In this document: in pieces, positions 47,869-58,656 of the stretch
How positions within the stretch are numbered: the first letter of the stretch is position 1
Layout: each line of letters starts with the position of its first letter
Origin: Nitrospirales bacterium
Lineage (GTDB): Bacteria; Nitrospirota; Nitrospiria; Nitrospirales; UBA8639
NCBI GenBank assembly: GCA_965223295.1
Contig: CBDCWC010000002.1
Coordinates: 1,440,001-1,504,000, forward strand
Direction of reading: 5' to 3'
DNA: 64,000 bases
Position numbers and translations under genes: made by a program
The notes under the pieces: generated by a model
The model's database searches: none
What the model saw: the letters and a program-made list of their open reading frames with translations, nothing else
What the model was told of the DNA's origin: nothing

Positions 47869-48756
47869 TCAATCAGACTGATCCAACAACCGTTTCGTGA
47901 TCCCGCCATATGCATCAATGCGTCGATCACGAAGGAAGGGCCAATTTCGGCGAACTTCTTCAATGCGCTGCAGGTCTAAATCAACAATCAGCGTCTCTTC
48001 CTCACTCTGGGAAGCTTGTACCAACACGATCCCAAACGGATCACACACAAACGAACTTCCCCAAAATTCCAATCCATCACCGCCAGCCGGAGCCTCATGC
48101 CCCACCCGATTCACAGCCACCACAAATACCCCATTGGCAATAGCATGACTCTGTTGAATCGTCATCCAGGCATTACGTTGCGCTTGCCCCTCTTCAGTCT
48201 TTTCTTGAGGGTGCCAGCCAATCGCCGTCGGATAGAACAGAATTTCAGCGCCTTGTAATGCAGTCACGCGGGCCGCTTCGGGATACCATTGATCCCAACA
48301 AATCAATGGCCCAACAATGCCATGACTCGTCTTAATCGCCTGAAACCCTTTATCTCCAGGAGTAAAATAAAACTTTTCATAATAAGCGGGATCATCAGGA
48401 ATGTGCATTTTCCGGTAGAGCCCGGCGATCTCACCTTGTTCATCAATTACAACCAACGAATTATGATAAACCCCTGCCATCCGGCGCTCAAAGACTGAGA
48501 CCAAAAGAGTCACCTCATATGTTTTGGAAAGGTTGGCAAAGGCTTCTGTCGTAACCCCCGGCACGGGTTCGGCCAAATCAAACAAACCTGCATCTTCCTG
48601 CTGACAAAAATATTGAGACCGAAACAATTCAGGCAAGCAAATAATCTGTGCCCCACGCTTCGCCGCTTCTTCGACTTTAGCCACAGCCCGTTCAAGGTTC
48701 CTTTCGGATACAGCCGAGCACACCATTTGAATAAGTCCAAGTTTCATATCAGGCAC
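47869..48756 (-). CDS. aguB: N-carbamoylputrescine amidase (carbon-nitrogen hydrolase)
   Basis: CLPELF..YFCQ, YRKMHIPDDP.YYEKFYFTPGD, ICWDQWYPEAAR, YPTAIGW, WPFLRDRR. Confidence 0.92.
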   Translation of the reverse strand: MPDMKLGLIQMVCSAVSERNLERAVAKVEEAAKRGAQIICLPELFRSQYFCQQEDAGLFDLAEPVPGVTTEAFANLSKTYEVTLLVSVFERRMAGVYHNSLVVIDEQGEIAGLYRKMHIPDDPAYYEKFYFTPGDKGFQAIKTSHGIVGPLICWDQWYPEAARVTALQGAEILFYPTAIGWHPQEKTEEGQAQRNAWMTIQQSHAIANGVFVVAVNRVGHEAPAGGDGLEFWGSSFVCDPFGIVLVQASQSEEETLIVDLDLQRIEEVRRNWPFLRDRRIDAYGGITKRLLDQSD

Positions 48757-48936
48757 CTACCCCACCATCCCGCATTCAGCCATATCCTTTTCATTTTAGT
48801 GTGATCGAGAAAAAGAATCTTAAGCAAAGCTGAAGCCAAGTGAATTTCTAAACTTGTGACCAGCATAACGTTTCTTTGATCAATCTACCCCATCTGTGGG
48901 TAAAATATGAGGTTTAACAAGAAAGCGGGATGGAAA

Positions 48937-50355
48937 TTATTTCCCTACAGAAGGGAATTCTGGCGAATCTTCTTGAGAAAAATTTTCGGGCTCGTGAAAG
49001 ACTTCCTGAGTCTCCTCTGACTCAACAAACGTATCATGAGGAGAATGTTCAATGATATGTCTTAAGGTCATTCCTTCTAACGCCCCTTGAATAGCCGCAT
49101 CTCGGCGCATGAGCAACTGTCCGACTCTATCGGCGTTCACCCTAAAGCCTTGCGTGCCACTATGCAATTGATGTTGAACCACTTTCAACACATCTGCAAT
49201 GGCAATCTTTTCTGGCGGCCTGGCTAAGATGACTCCTTTTGGCTCATCTGTCCGCACCAGCATATTGGCAGCGATTAAGTCATTCACCAACGACTCAACC
49301 ATCGTCAGGGGAACCCGTTGCATTCTAGTTAACTGATCTATGGTGAATGGGGTCTTACCTGAAACAAACCGCTTGGTAATTTTTCCAAGCAACGATAAAG
49401 TCAGATACTCCCGAAACAACGGGGTTTGATGCTTTCGCCGCAAATGCAATAAATAGGCAGAGGGATGTTGATGATAATAGGCCACTTGAGCTCCGGCCAG
49501 GACAATGAGCCACCCCACATACAACCAAATGAGAAACAGAATAAGGACCGCGAAGCTGGAATAGATAGCACTGTATCGACCAGAACTGGCCACAAACGCG
49601 GCAAAGGCCATACCTGCAATTTGCCAACAAATTCCTGCAGTCAGTCCTCCTACAAAAGCGGAACCGATATTCACCGAGGTGTTCGGGATAAATTTATAGA
49701 GAAATGTAAACATGCCGCACATAAACAAAATCGGCAGCAGACTGGTCAGCGCCACTAATAGGCTTCCGAGCGGCTGAATATCCATCACCTTTTGGACAAG
49801 CCAATGGCTCTGTGCTGATGCGGTTAATCCAAATGCGGTAAAAACGAAAACGGGGCCAACTAACACTACGCTTAAGTAGTCGGTGATCCGGCGGGCCAAC
49901 GGACGGCCTACGTCTACCCGCCAAATTGAATTCAGAGCCTCTTCGATTTTTTCAATCAACGAATAGGTGGTATAAAATAACCCAGCGACACCCACCGCAC
50001 CTAAAACTCCGACTTTCAAATTGTCCACAAACTGGATAATATTCGTGGTAATCTCCGCTCCCTTGTCTCCGAGAGGATCTAGGCCCTGCGATAGAATAGG
50101 TTCAATTTGTTGATGAACGCCGAAAGCTTTTAACACCGAAAAGGTGACGGCAATAAAGGGGACAAGAGAGAGTAACGTGGTATACACCAAACTTGTCGCA
50201 CGAATGCTCAAAAAACTTTCGCGGAACTCAGCCACCGCGACTAAACCCAATCTTAGGCATTTCACCCCGAACTGGCGGAGCTTCCCTAGTTCATGAACTT
50301 TGGTAGTCCATACGTCATGCTCACAAAAGCGAATAATCCGTTCAATAAATTCCAT
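48937..50355 (-). CDS. YihY/BrkB family membrane protein with C-terminal Rrf2-like winged helix
   Basis: SLVYTTLLSLVP, IEEALNSIW, YSAIYSSFA.L.LFLIWLY..W.IVL.GA; LARPPEKI. Confidence 0.88.
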   Translation of the reverse strand: MEFIERIIRFCEHDVWTTKVHELGKLRQFGVKCLRLGLVAVAEFRESFLSIRATSLVYTTLLSLVPFIAVTFSVLKAFGVHQQIEPILSQGLDPLGDKGAEITTNIIQFVDNLKVGVLGAVGVAGLFYTTYSLIEKIEEALNSIWRVDVGRPLARRITDYLSVVLVGPVFVFTAFGLTASAQSHWLVQKVMDIQPLGSLLVALTSLLPILFMCGMFTFLYKFIPNTSVNIGSAFVGGLTAGICWQIAGMAFAAFVASSGRYSAIYSSFAVLILFLIWLYVGWLIVLAGAQVAYYHQHPSAYLLHLRRKHQTPLFREYLTLSLLGKITKRFVSGKTPFTIDQLTRMQRVPLTMVESLVNDLIAANMLVRTDEPKGVILARPPEKIAIADVLKVVQHQLHSGTQGFRVNADRVGQLLMRRDAAIQGALEGMTLRHIIEHSPHDTFVESEETQEVFHEPENFSQEDSPEFPSVGK

Positions 50356-50524
50356 TGAATTCGACTTGAGGGTTATGAAAAGCTTTTTGCGGCTAGCCTA
50401 CAAAGACTTCAAACAAATGTCTAGACAAGGCAATCCTTTATCTTAGAGATCCGAATTGAAGTAGAGAGCCTTCCTCCTGTAGATTTCATCATACAATCAT
50501 TCTAATATCTTGATGCTATAAGTC

Positions 50525-51094
50525 ATGCGTATCCGTCAACTCATTTCTTGCATTCTTTTAAGCTTTACATTCAGCCTGGTGGGATTGACCGGATGCTCTG
50601 GCTCTTCTGAATGGGACCAACAATGGGAAACTATTCAGGACGACATTCGCAAAGGCAACCTCTCCCATGCCAAAACACAACTTCAGAGTATCTTACCACT
50701 AATTCGTGAAAAGGGGCCTTCTGACAGACGATATGCCCAAATCATTTATCAGCTTGGAGACCTGGCTCGCCTGGAAGGAGACACCAAACAAGCAGAATCC
50801 TTGTACTGGGAAGCGCTACCCCTCATTGCAAAATCACATGGCCCGGAAGATCTGCATATGGCTGATCCCTTGACTGAAATCGCCTCGATATACCAGAACA
50901 ACAATCAACCCGATATCGCATTGCCCCTGCTTAAACGAGCCCTAGCCATTCGTGAAAAGACATGGGGTGTCTCCAACAGGCAACTCCTCCCAACACTCAA
51001 GCAGTACCATATCGTTTTGATGTTGGCCGACAAACAGGAAGAGGCCGTTAAAATTTTGACCCGCATCTCGCATCTTGAACAGATGCCTTCCTAG
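50525..51094 (+). CDS. TPR-repeat lipoprotein
   Basis: Lipobox LTGC; kinesin-light-chain-type TPRs (ALPLLKRALAIREK..G). Confidence 0.78.
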   Translation: MRIRQLISCILLSFTFSLVGLTGCSGSSEWDQQWETIQDDIRKGNLSHAKTQLQSILPLIREKGPSDRRYAQIIYQLGDLARLEGDTKQAESLYWEALPLIAKSHGPEDLHMADPLTEIASIYQNNNQPDIALPLLKRALAIREKTWGVSNRQLLPTLKQYHIVLMLADKQEEAVKILTRISHLEQMPS

Positions 51095-51323
51095 TTATTT
51101 GTCAGTAACGCCAGACCCTTAGCTGCCATGCCTTTTAGACATCAATCTTCTTCACCTACGAATCTTTGCCTGACGCCAAATTGCTTATCCCTATTGCTCT
51201 TTCCACATTATTGCCGTAGGATAATTCTTACATTCTATATCCCCTAGGGGATGGAAGTACCTTTAGGTTTTTCTTCACACAGCTCTCGTGCAGTTTTCAT
51301 CCCCTCTTGCCGTTCCTTTCGCA

Positions 51324-52553
51324 ATGAAAAAACGCATTGCTATTCAAGATTTGCGACCTGGGATGTACATCGCAGGAATGGACCAGTCCTGGTTCCAAAC
51401 TCCCTTCCTTCGCCACAAATGGCTCTTGAAGCGTGAAGACGAAATCACCTTGCTCCGTAGTTATGGCATCCAAACGCTCTTCATCGATACCGACAAGGGA
51501 TGTGATGTACTCGAGCCTTCCGACAGCCAGCAATCGACTGAAGCCCCTCATGAACCTCATGCCGACAACGAACCTTTGCCTTCTCCCACTTCAGACTTAG
51601 GACCCAATCCGGAAGATATTGAATCTGCTCGAGTCCTACGTGCTGAAGCCATTTCCATACTGGATGTATTTTTTCAACAAATGGAAGCCCCATCTGCACA
51701 ACATCTCATGGATGTTCGCGGCGTAGTCAGTACATTGTTAGAAGGGATTTTGGAACATCAAGCAGCTATGGTGTCATTGATTCAAATGCGACGTTTTGAT
51801 GCCAATCTTGCCACTCATGGTGTCGATACCGGAGTGTTAGCCATGGCGATGGGACAAGACTCTGGTTGCGAAACAGCCCAACTCAAATTGCTTGGCCTGG
51901 CCGCCATGGTCCATGATGTTGGGCAGCTTCGCCTGCCGCTTAATCTCTTACGAAAAGTCCAACCATACGTGCCTCAGGACCACAAATTGATTCAGGCACA
52001 TTGCAACATGGGCAAAGCCATGCTGAATCAGTTTCCGGATTTTCCGGAAGAATCCAAACGGATGGTTCAACAACACCATGAACGGCTTGATGGATCTGGA
52101 TATCCTCAAGGCTTGCGGGGAGCCGAAATTTCAGAACTTACCCAAATTCTCAGTATTGCCGACACCTATGATGCCCAGATTAGTGGACGCTGTAGCCAAC
52201 CGCCGGTCCCTCCAGCACGAGCGTTATCGGAATTGTATCAAGCGGCGGTTGCCGGACAATATTCTACAACATTTGTTCAACGCCTGATCTATTTGTTAGG
52301 CGTGTATCCCATTGGCTCCCTCATCCGATTGAACACAGGTGAACAGGCTGTGGTCGTCTGGGTTCATAGTCATTCACGCTTAACTCCCACCATAAAATTG
52401 GTTAAAAAGGCAAATGGCGAACTGTATGAAGAACAAGAAATTATCGATCTGGCCTCGCAAGATTCTGCTGGTCCCTCTCGTTCCATTCAAGAAGTTCTGG
52501 ATCCGCATCAAGAAGGTTGGGATATGACAAAAATTTTAGAATCATTATGGTAA
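51324..52553 (+). CDS. HD-GYP cyclic-dinucleotide phosphodiesterase with DUF3391-like N-domain
   Basis: LRPGMYI..W..TPF; HDVG; HHERLDGSGYPQGL; IADTYDA; GVYPIGS. Confidence 0.88.
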   Translation: MKKRIAIQDLRPGMYIAGMDQSWFQTPFLRHKWLLKREDEITLLRSYGIQTLFIDTDKGCDVLEPSDSQQSTEAPHEPHADNEPLPSPTSDLGPNPEDIESARVLRAEAISILDVFFQQMEAPSAQHLMDVRGVVSTLLEGILEHQAAMVSLIQMRRFDANLATHGVDTGVLAMAMGQDSGCETAQLKLLGLAAMVHDVGQLRLPLNLLRKVQPYVPQDHKLIQAHCNMGKAMLNQFPDFPEESKRMVQQHHERLDGSGYPQGLRGAEISELTQILSIADTYDAQISGRCSQPPVPPARALSELYQAAVAGQYSTTFVQRLIYLLGVYPIGSLIRLNTGEQAVVVWVHSHSRLTPTIKLVKKANGELYEEQEIIDLASQDSAGPSRSIQEVLDPHQEGWDMTKILESLW

Positions 52554-52583
52554 AAATGCAGCTTTTTTGATGACACTTGATCC

Positions 52584-55262
52584 ATGAGTTTTCATTCTCC
52601 TTTCAAAAATCTCCACCAAATGGATATCACAAGCCTCCATCAAGCGTTGCGTTCATCTCAAGCTTTTGTCCACACGCTATTAGATTCCATCCATATTGGC
52701 ATTTGTCAGGTAGACACTCAGGGACACATCTTATCCCTGAATTTAGAAGGAACCCGTATTCTCCATCGCACCGAACAATCATGTATCGGGCACTCGTTTC
52801 ATGAGCATGCGGGTTGTCTCTCTGTGGATCCCATCACCCAGCATGAAGACTGCCCCATTCAGCAGGTCTTGAAAACCGGCAAAGCGATATGGGCACCAAA
52901 ATTGGTGATGCGACGACCAAGCCGCGAAACACGATGGGTTGAATTTCAATGCACCCTTTTCTCGAATCCCGATAGCCCTGGAGCATTGCTAATCTTCCGG
53001 GATCTGAGCCAGCAACTTCAACAACAGGAAGAACACCAACACCTTGCCTCTATGCCTGAAGAAAATCCCAATCCCATTGTAGAAGTGGACGCTCAAGGAC
53101 GTTTGGCCTATGCCAACCCAACAATGATCGCACTTCTCGATTCCTATGGCTTTCGAGAAGATGGACTCCCACACGTTTTGCCCCCAACCCTCTCACGCAT
53201 TGCAAGGGAATGCCTCAAATCCATGACCCCATTGAGAGGAACGACTGTGGTCATTGACAATCATCACTTTGATTGGACGTTTTCTCCCATACAAGATAAA
53301 GGTCTTCTCCGAGGGTATGGTTTAGACATTACCAAGCATGTCCATATTAGGAATAAGCTAACGGAACTTCAATCGCAATATGCGTCTTTGGTCGACGCGG
53401 CACACGAAGGCATTATCTCGGCTGATCTCCATGGCACTATTGTCTCTTGGAATCCTGCCGCCGAAGGACTATTTGGATTTCAGCAGGAAGAGATCATCGG
53501 CCGCTCCATCCTGACGCTGTTGGAAGAGAGCTATCGAGACATCTATCAAAAAGGCTTGGAAGATATTACTTATGGCGACGCGGGAGCCCACCCCATTCAG
53601 CAGCCGTTAGAATTAACGGGCCTTCGTAAAACCGGAGAGGTCTTCCCCTTAGAAATTTCCTTAACCAGTTGGAAGGTTGGGATGGATACGCATTATGGCT
53701 TTATCCTTCGTGACATTTCTGATCGGAAACACCTTGAACAATCTCTTTTGGAAGAAAAAGACCGACTGGTCACGACTCTCCAATCCCTTGAGGAAGGCAT
53801 CATTACCACTGACCGGGAAGGCCGTATTACGTTTTTGAATCCCCTGGCCGAACAGATCACAGAATGGTCACAATCAGATGCATTGACCCGCTCTCTTCAA
53901 GAGATATTTCGACTGGCCAACAAAACTTCAGGACAAGAGGAGGCACCCACACCACAAAATTCTTCTGCCCTTTCTGCCCTGGCTGAACCAAACTCTCTAC
54001 ACCAACTTATCACCAAACATGGCCATCAACGAACTATTTCCATGCGTGAAACACCCATTCGAGATCACCGTTCCCACTTGATGGGAACGGTCATTATTTT
54101 CCACGATATCACTGACCAGCACCGCCAGCAAAAAGAAGAACAGCGCCGGAGCAAATTAAATTCCTTGGGCGTATTGGCAGGAGGCATCGCTCATGACTTC
54201 AACAACTTGCTGACGGCAATCCTGGGGAATGTCTTCGTCGCGAAATTGCGTATGGTTGCTCAAGATCCTTTGGCTCACAACCTTGAGCAAGCCGAGCAGG
54301 CCTGTCTTCGAGCCAAGGAACTCACTCAGCAACTTCTAACATTTGCCAAAGGGGGGGCGCCTATTAAGACCTCTATTGCGCTGGGAGAGCTTGTTCGAAA
54401 AAGCGCGGTGTTTGCCCTTTCAGGTTCGTCGATCAGTTGTCATTTTGATATTCCTAACGATCTGTGGCCTATAGATGCGGATGCGAACCAACTGCGGCAA
54501 GTTATTCAAAGCATCACGCTCAATGCTCGACAAGCCATGCCTGAAGGTGGGTCCTTTTCGATTTGCATGGAAAATGTCGCACTCCCGACCCAGTCGACAT
54601 TGCCTTCTACAACGTTATCCCCTGGGAATTATGTGAAGATATCCTTTGAAGATCAGGGAGTAGGGATTAAAGAGCAGGATATGCCCAACATTTTCGATCC
54701 GTATTTCACAACTAAACCTGGCGCTTCTGGGTTAGGACTGGCCGCAGCCCATAGCATTATCCAGCAACATCAAGGACATATACACGTCCATTCTGAGGTA
54801 GGCAAAAGCACCACAGTCACTGTGTACTTACCCTCTTCATATTTTTCCGTTGGTCAGGATCGCCAAGCCGTTCCAAAAGGACGTGGTCGAATCCTTGTCA
54901 TGGACGATGAGCAAAGCATTCTCCGAATGGTGGAGGGTGCGCTCACCCAATTTGGCTATGAGGTAATCACCGTCCAAGATGGACAAACGGCCATTGATGT
55001 CTTTTCCAAGTCCTTGGCCAATAGTAAGCCCTTTGATGCCGTCCTTCTCGACTTAACCATCCCCGGTGGAATGGGCGGAAAGGATACCATGCAACATCTT
55101 CAAAAGTTGGACCCGCATGTGAAAGCTGTTGTCACCAGCGGATATTCAGACGATCCCATCATGTCGGACTTTCACACTTACGGATTTCAAGACATCCTAG
55201 TGAAGCCTTACAAAATCACTGAACTGGCGCAGACACTTAAAGAGCTTTGTGCGGACAATTAG
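52584..55262 (+). CDS. Cytoplasmic multi-PAS hybrid histidine kinase with receiver domain
   Basis: About four PAS domains; AGGIAHDFNNLL H-box, NARQAM, DQGVGI, FDPYFTTK, GLGL; receiver VMDDE..LLD..KPY. Confidence 0.92.
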   Translation: MSFHSPFKNLHQMDITSLHQALRSSQAFVHTLLDSIHIGICQVDTQGHILSLNLEGTRILHRTEQSCIGHSFHEHAGCLSVDPITQHEDCPIQQVLKTGKAIWAPKLVMRRPSRETRWVEFQCTLFSNPDSPGALLIFRDLSQQLQQQEEHQHLASMPEENPNPIVEVDAQGRLAYANPTMIALLDSYGFREDGLPHVLPPTLSRIARECLKSMTPLRGTTVVIDNHHFDWTFSPIQDKGLLRGYGLDITKHVHIRNKLTELQSQYASLVDAAHEGIISADLHGTIVSWNPAAEGLFGFQQEEIIGRSILTLLEESYRDIYQKGLEDITYGDAGAHPIQQPLELTGLRKTGEVFPLEISLTSWKVGMDTHYGFILRDISDRKHLEQSLLEEKDRLVTTLQSLEEGIITTDREGRITFLNPLAEQITEWSQSDALTRSLQEIFRLANKTSGQEEAPTPQNSSALSALAEPNSLHQLITKHGHQRTISMRETPIRDHRSHLMGTVIIFHDITDQHRQQKEEQRRSKLNSLGVLAGGIAHDFNNLLTAILGNVFVAKLRMVAQDPLAHNLEQAEQACLRAKELTQQLLTFAKGGAPIKTSIALGELVRKSAVFALSGSSISCHFDIPNDLWPIDADANQLRQVIQSITLNARQAMPEGGSFSICMENVALPTQSTLPSTTLSPGNYVKISFEDQGVGIKEQDMPNIFDPYFTTKPGASGLGLAAAHSIIQQHQGHIHVHSEVGKSTTVTVYLPSSYFSVGQDRQAVPKGRGRILVMDDEQSILRMVEGALTQFGYEVITVQDGQTAIDVFSKSLANSKPFDAVLLDLTIPGGMGGKDTMQHLQKLDPHVKAVVTSGYSDDPIMSDFHTYGFQDILVKPYKITELAQTLKELCADN

Positions 55263-55522
55263 ATTGACTAGTCGCAAAGATACTTCACGAGGGCTGTCAG
55301 AGAGGAGAACAAATGGCATTCGCTGCGATCTTACCGTCGGCATTCCATGACACCAAACAAGCACACATCAGATCAATAGTTAGTAGATATAGCGAGGGAG
55401 AGGCAGAAATCGAAGGAAACAGGCTATACATGAAATTACGTCGAGTTTCGCCCCCGACTGTTCACCTCGATAGGTCGAGGAAAACCATCACCAAGAAATT
55501 AATCGTTCCTGACTTCTTTTCC

Positions 55523-56512
55523 CTATAGGCACGCAGGATCCCGACGGAGCAAGGTTTGCTGCTGGACCATCGGAAATTTACTCAACATTCGATTACTGAG
55601 CGTAAGATTTTCTTTCGCTTTTTCATAATATGTCGGTTGCGTTTCAATAGCTTTCTCAAAACACCGAGATGCCCGAGCAAACTGTTTTTGTTCAAGAAAT
55701 GCAACCCCAAGGTTGTTATAGGCCTTGGCCGGTTCCATCCCACGAACATACGCGTCATAGGCCAAGTCATAATGTCCAAGTTTCGCCAGTGCTAAACCAA
55801 GATTGTTAGCAATTTTTCCGGTATTACCTCCCACCTGCAAAGCCTGTTGAAACGTTCGAACCGCATTTTCGTATTGTTGATCAAGATAATAGGCCATTCC
55901 CATATTATTGAGAATCGCTGGATTATTAGGTCTTTTCTCCAAGGCGACTTCATACATCTTGACGGCATCCTGATGTGCATGGCGACGGTCAGCCACAATT
56001 CCCAAATAATTCGTCGACGTCCACAAGTCAGGATCATAGAGCAAAGCTGCTTGAAATTCGCGTTCGGCTTCACCATCTTTTTCCATTCTCAACAATGCCC
56101 GCCCCATTCCTTCATAGGCAGGGGCAAAATTCAGATCATAGTCAAGAATTTCATGAAATTCGTTATAGGCATCTCGTATTTGACCACTTTGGAGATAGAC
56201 GACAGCAAGTTTATACCGTGTCGGCACTCGCTCCGGTTCAACATGCAACACTTTTTCATATTGAACCTTCGCCAATTGCATGTTGCCTTGCTGAAGATGA
56301 GCATCTCCCAATTTTTCATAATCTGATGAGGCTAGTTCCTTAGTCAGATCGTTGGAAATCTCCGATTCGTGAGCAAGCCCTGCTTTCTGCCGTTCCAATA
56401 TTTGTTGGTAATGTTCATCCTGCACAGTAAACATCTTCTTTTCAGATTTCGAACATCCCGTCACAACAAGACCAACACTCACTAACGTAACCAGCAAAAA
56501 TTGTACTTTCAT
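55523..56512 (-). CDS. tadD: TadD-like TPR lipoprotein (pilotin)
   Basis: Lipobox VTGC; repeated NNLG/NNMG TPRs; directly downstream of tadC. Confidence 0.8.
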   Translation of the reverse strand: MKVQFLLVTLVSVGLVVTGCSKSEKKMFTVQDEHYQQILERQKAGLAHESEISNDLTKELASSDYEKLGDAHLQQGNMQLAKVQYEKVLHVEPERVPTRYKLAVVYLQSGQIRDAYNEFHEILDYDLNFAPAYEGMGRALLRMEKDGEAEREFQAALLYDPDLWTSTNYLGIVADRRHAHQDAVKMYEVALEKRPNNPAILNNMGMAYYLDQQYENAVRTFQQALQVGGNTGKIANNLGLALAKLGHYDLAYDAYVRGMEPAKAYNNLGVAFLEQKQFARASRCFEKAIETQPTYYEKAKENLTLSNRMLSKFPMVQQQTLLRRDPACL

Positions 56513-56639
56513 TATATCCACCTCTCTAAAGTTGACTATGTTCTGAGACAAACCATGAAACGGTCTTGCTCAAGATTTGTTGCCTGTATTTTCACATATC
56601 TCGATTCATACAAAATTGAGTGAAAGGGAAAATCTTTTA

Positions 56640-57599
56640 TCATAGATTGGGGAGTAAGTTTCTCATGAGACTAATAACCCCAGGTCCAATAATCACAACC
56701 ATCAGGCTTGGAAATATGAAGAGAATAAGAGGAATCATGAGTTTGACCGGCAACTGTGCGGCTTTTTCCTCGGCCCTCAGACGCCGAGCTAATCGCATTG
56801 AATCCGAATGCACACGCAAGGCTTGCCCAACACTCGTACCAAACCGGTCCGTCTGAATGAGAAGAGCCACTAAACTTCGAATATCATCGAGATTCGTCCG
56901 ATTCACTAGGTTACGAAGCCCTTGCTCACGAGATAGTCCCGCACGCAATTCTAGGTTCAAAAGAAGAAATTCCTCTCCCAAGTCAGGATGTCCTGCTTTG
57001 ACTTCCATGCCGACCCGAGCAATAGCTTGATCAAGTCCTAACCCTGCCTCCACACAGACCACCATAAGATCAAGTGCATCGGGAAAGCCATCAACCAACT
57101 TCTGCTTACGGCTACTCACGGCAGAATTCAACCATATCTTAGGGCTATAAAAACCAACGGATAAGGCACCAATCAAAAATCCTGGCAGAGCCAAATCACC
57201 CATTGACGCAGTAGACTCAGTTCCAAAAACCAAAAATGCTACACCACATAGAATGGCTAGAAAAATTTGGCTTCCCAAAAAGATGATAGGCGCTTGGTTC
57301 GATCGATACCCTGCGGTTGTCAAATTCGACCGTAACTGTGACGTTGAGACCTGTTGTTTTGGTGAGTTTAGTTTGCCAAGGCGTTCCAGCAGATCCACAA
57401 ATTGTGTTTTGAGAGCATCTTTTGTATCTGTTTTTTTCGCTTTGGCCTGAGAAAGCGATTCACCCTTGACGCGTGAATTCCAATCGTTCAAAGTTCGCTT
57501 TGACTGGGTATATGAGACCACTCCCCACCCGACAAGGAGGACGAAAAGAAAAACCAGCCCGCTGATCAGTAATAATGGATCCATGGCAAATCCCATCAC
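56640..57599 (-). CDS. tadC: Tad inner-membrane platform protein TadC
   Basis: FPDALDLMVVCVEAGLGLDQA, QTDRFGTSV, AEEKAAQLPVKL..PL. Confidence 0.93.
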   Translation of the reverse strand: MMGFAMDPLLLISGLVFLFVLLVGWGVVSYTQSKRTLNDWNSRVKGESLSQAKAKKTDTKDALKTQFVDLLERLGKLNSPKQQVSTSQLRSNLTTAGYRSNQAPIIFLGSQIFLAILCGVAFLVFGTESTASMGDLALPGFLIGALSVGFYSPKIWLNSAVSSRKQKLVDGFPDALDLMVVCVEAGLGLDQAIARVGMEVKAGHPDLGEEFLLLNLELRAGLSREQGLRNLVNRTNLDDIRSLVALLIQTDRFGTSVGQALRVHSDSMRLARRLRAEEKAAQLPVKLMIPLILFIFPSLMVVIIGPGVISLMRNLLPNL

Positions 57600-58567
57600 A
57601 CCTTAATATTACACATATTTTTCATGACAAACGCGCCAAGCAGCATTAAAAATATCGATCCAGCCATCATCATTTGGCCAAGTTCATCACTAAATAACAA
57701 TCCAATATAGTCTGGGCTAAGCCACCAAAGAATTCCCGCCATCACTATAGGAAGAAAAAAGAGAATGATCCCAGATAATCGACCTTCCGCAGAAATGGCT
57801 TTAATGCGGCCAAAGAGTTCAAAACGCTGTCGGATTAAACGCGAAATAGCTTCAATGATTTCGGCGAGATTACCTCCCGTTTCCCGTTGGACCACCAGCG
57901 CAGTCACAAAAAATTTCAAATCGGTACTAATAACTCGATCATTCAAATTATTCATCGCCTCGGGAACATCAATACCAAAAGAAATTTCTTCGACAGTTCG
58001 ACTAAATTCCGGACCGATTGGATCAGGGAATTCATCGCCGACCATTTTCATCCCGACTGAAAAGGCATGCCCCGCTCGAAGGGCTCTGGCCATGAGATCC
58101 AAGCCCTCAGGGAGTTGCCGCTCAAAAGCCTGAAATCGCTTTCGTCGTTTCATTCTGATCCAGATGAGCGGAATAAAACACCCCATCAACCCAGTGCCTA
58201 GCCCTACCAAGAAACCATAATCCATCAGTAGGGGAATCATCATACCTAAGGCCCCGACCACGCCAGAAATCAAGAGAAACAGTCCCACAGGAAGATGGCT
58301 GTTCGCCTGTTGTAGCATTTTTTCCAGACCGCCGAGATTATTGAAAGAGAGCAATAATTCATGAAGCCATGGAAGCTCACTGAGCTTCCGGTTTCGAACA
58401 AGATTCGTCTTTTCTGACTGCTCTTTTTTATGGAAACTCCCAGAAGATCTGAGCCGCCGCTTCATATGACGATGCTTTGGGCTCACATATTGATGATAGA
58501 AATAGTATCCACCTTCAACAAAAAGAATAATTGATAGAAATATGCCGATGCTAATTGCAATACTCAT
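57596..58567 (-). CDS. tadB: Tad inner-membrane platform protein TadB
   Basis: QLPEGLDLMARALRAGHAF, QRETGGNLAE, SAEGRLS. Confidence 0.93.
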   Translation of the reverse strand: MSIAISIGIFLSIILFVEGGYYFYHQYVSPKHRHMKRRLRSSGSFHKKEQSEKTNLVRNRKLSELPWLHELLLSFNNLGGLEKMLQQANSHLPVGLFLLISGVVGALGMMIPLLMDYGFLVGLGTGLMGCFIPLIWIRMKRRKRFQAFERQLPEGLDLMARALRAGHAFSVGMKMVGDEFPDPIGPEFSRTVEEISFGIDVPEAMNNLNDRVISTDLKFFVTALVVQRETGGNLAEIIEAISRLIRQRFELFGRIKAISAEGRLSGIILFFLPIVMAGILWWLSPDYIGLLFSDELGQMMMAGSIFLMLLGAFVMKNMCNIKV

Positions 58568-58656
58568 CTATCTCGCTTGCTCCCCTTCCGACCCGGCGGC
58601 CTTTCTTATTGAACAATCTCTTTACCTGATTGACAACCAGCTCTCGGCTTGAAACA

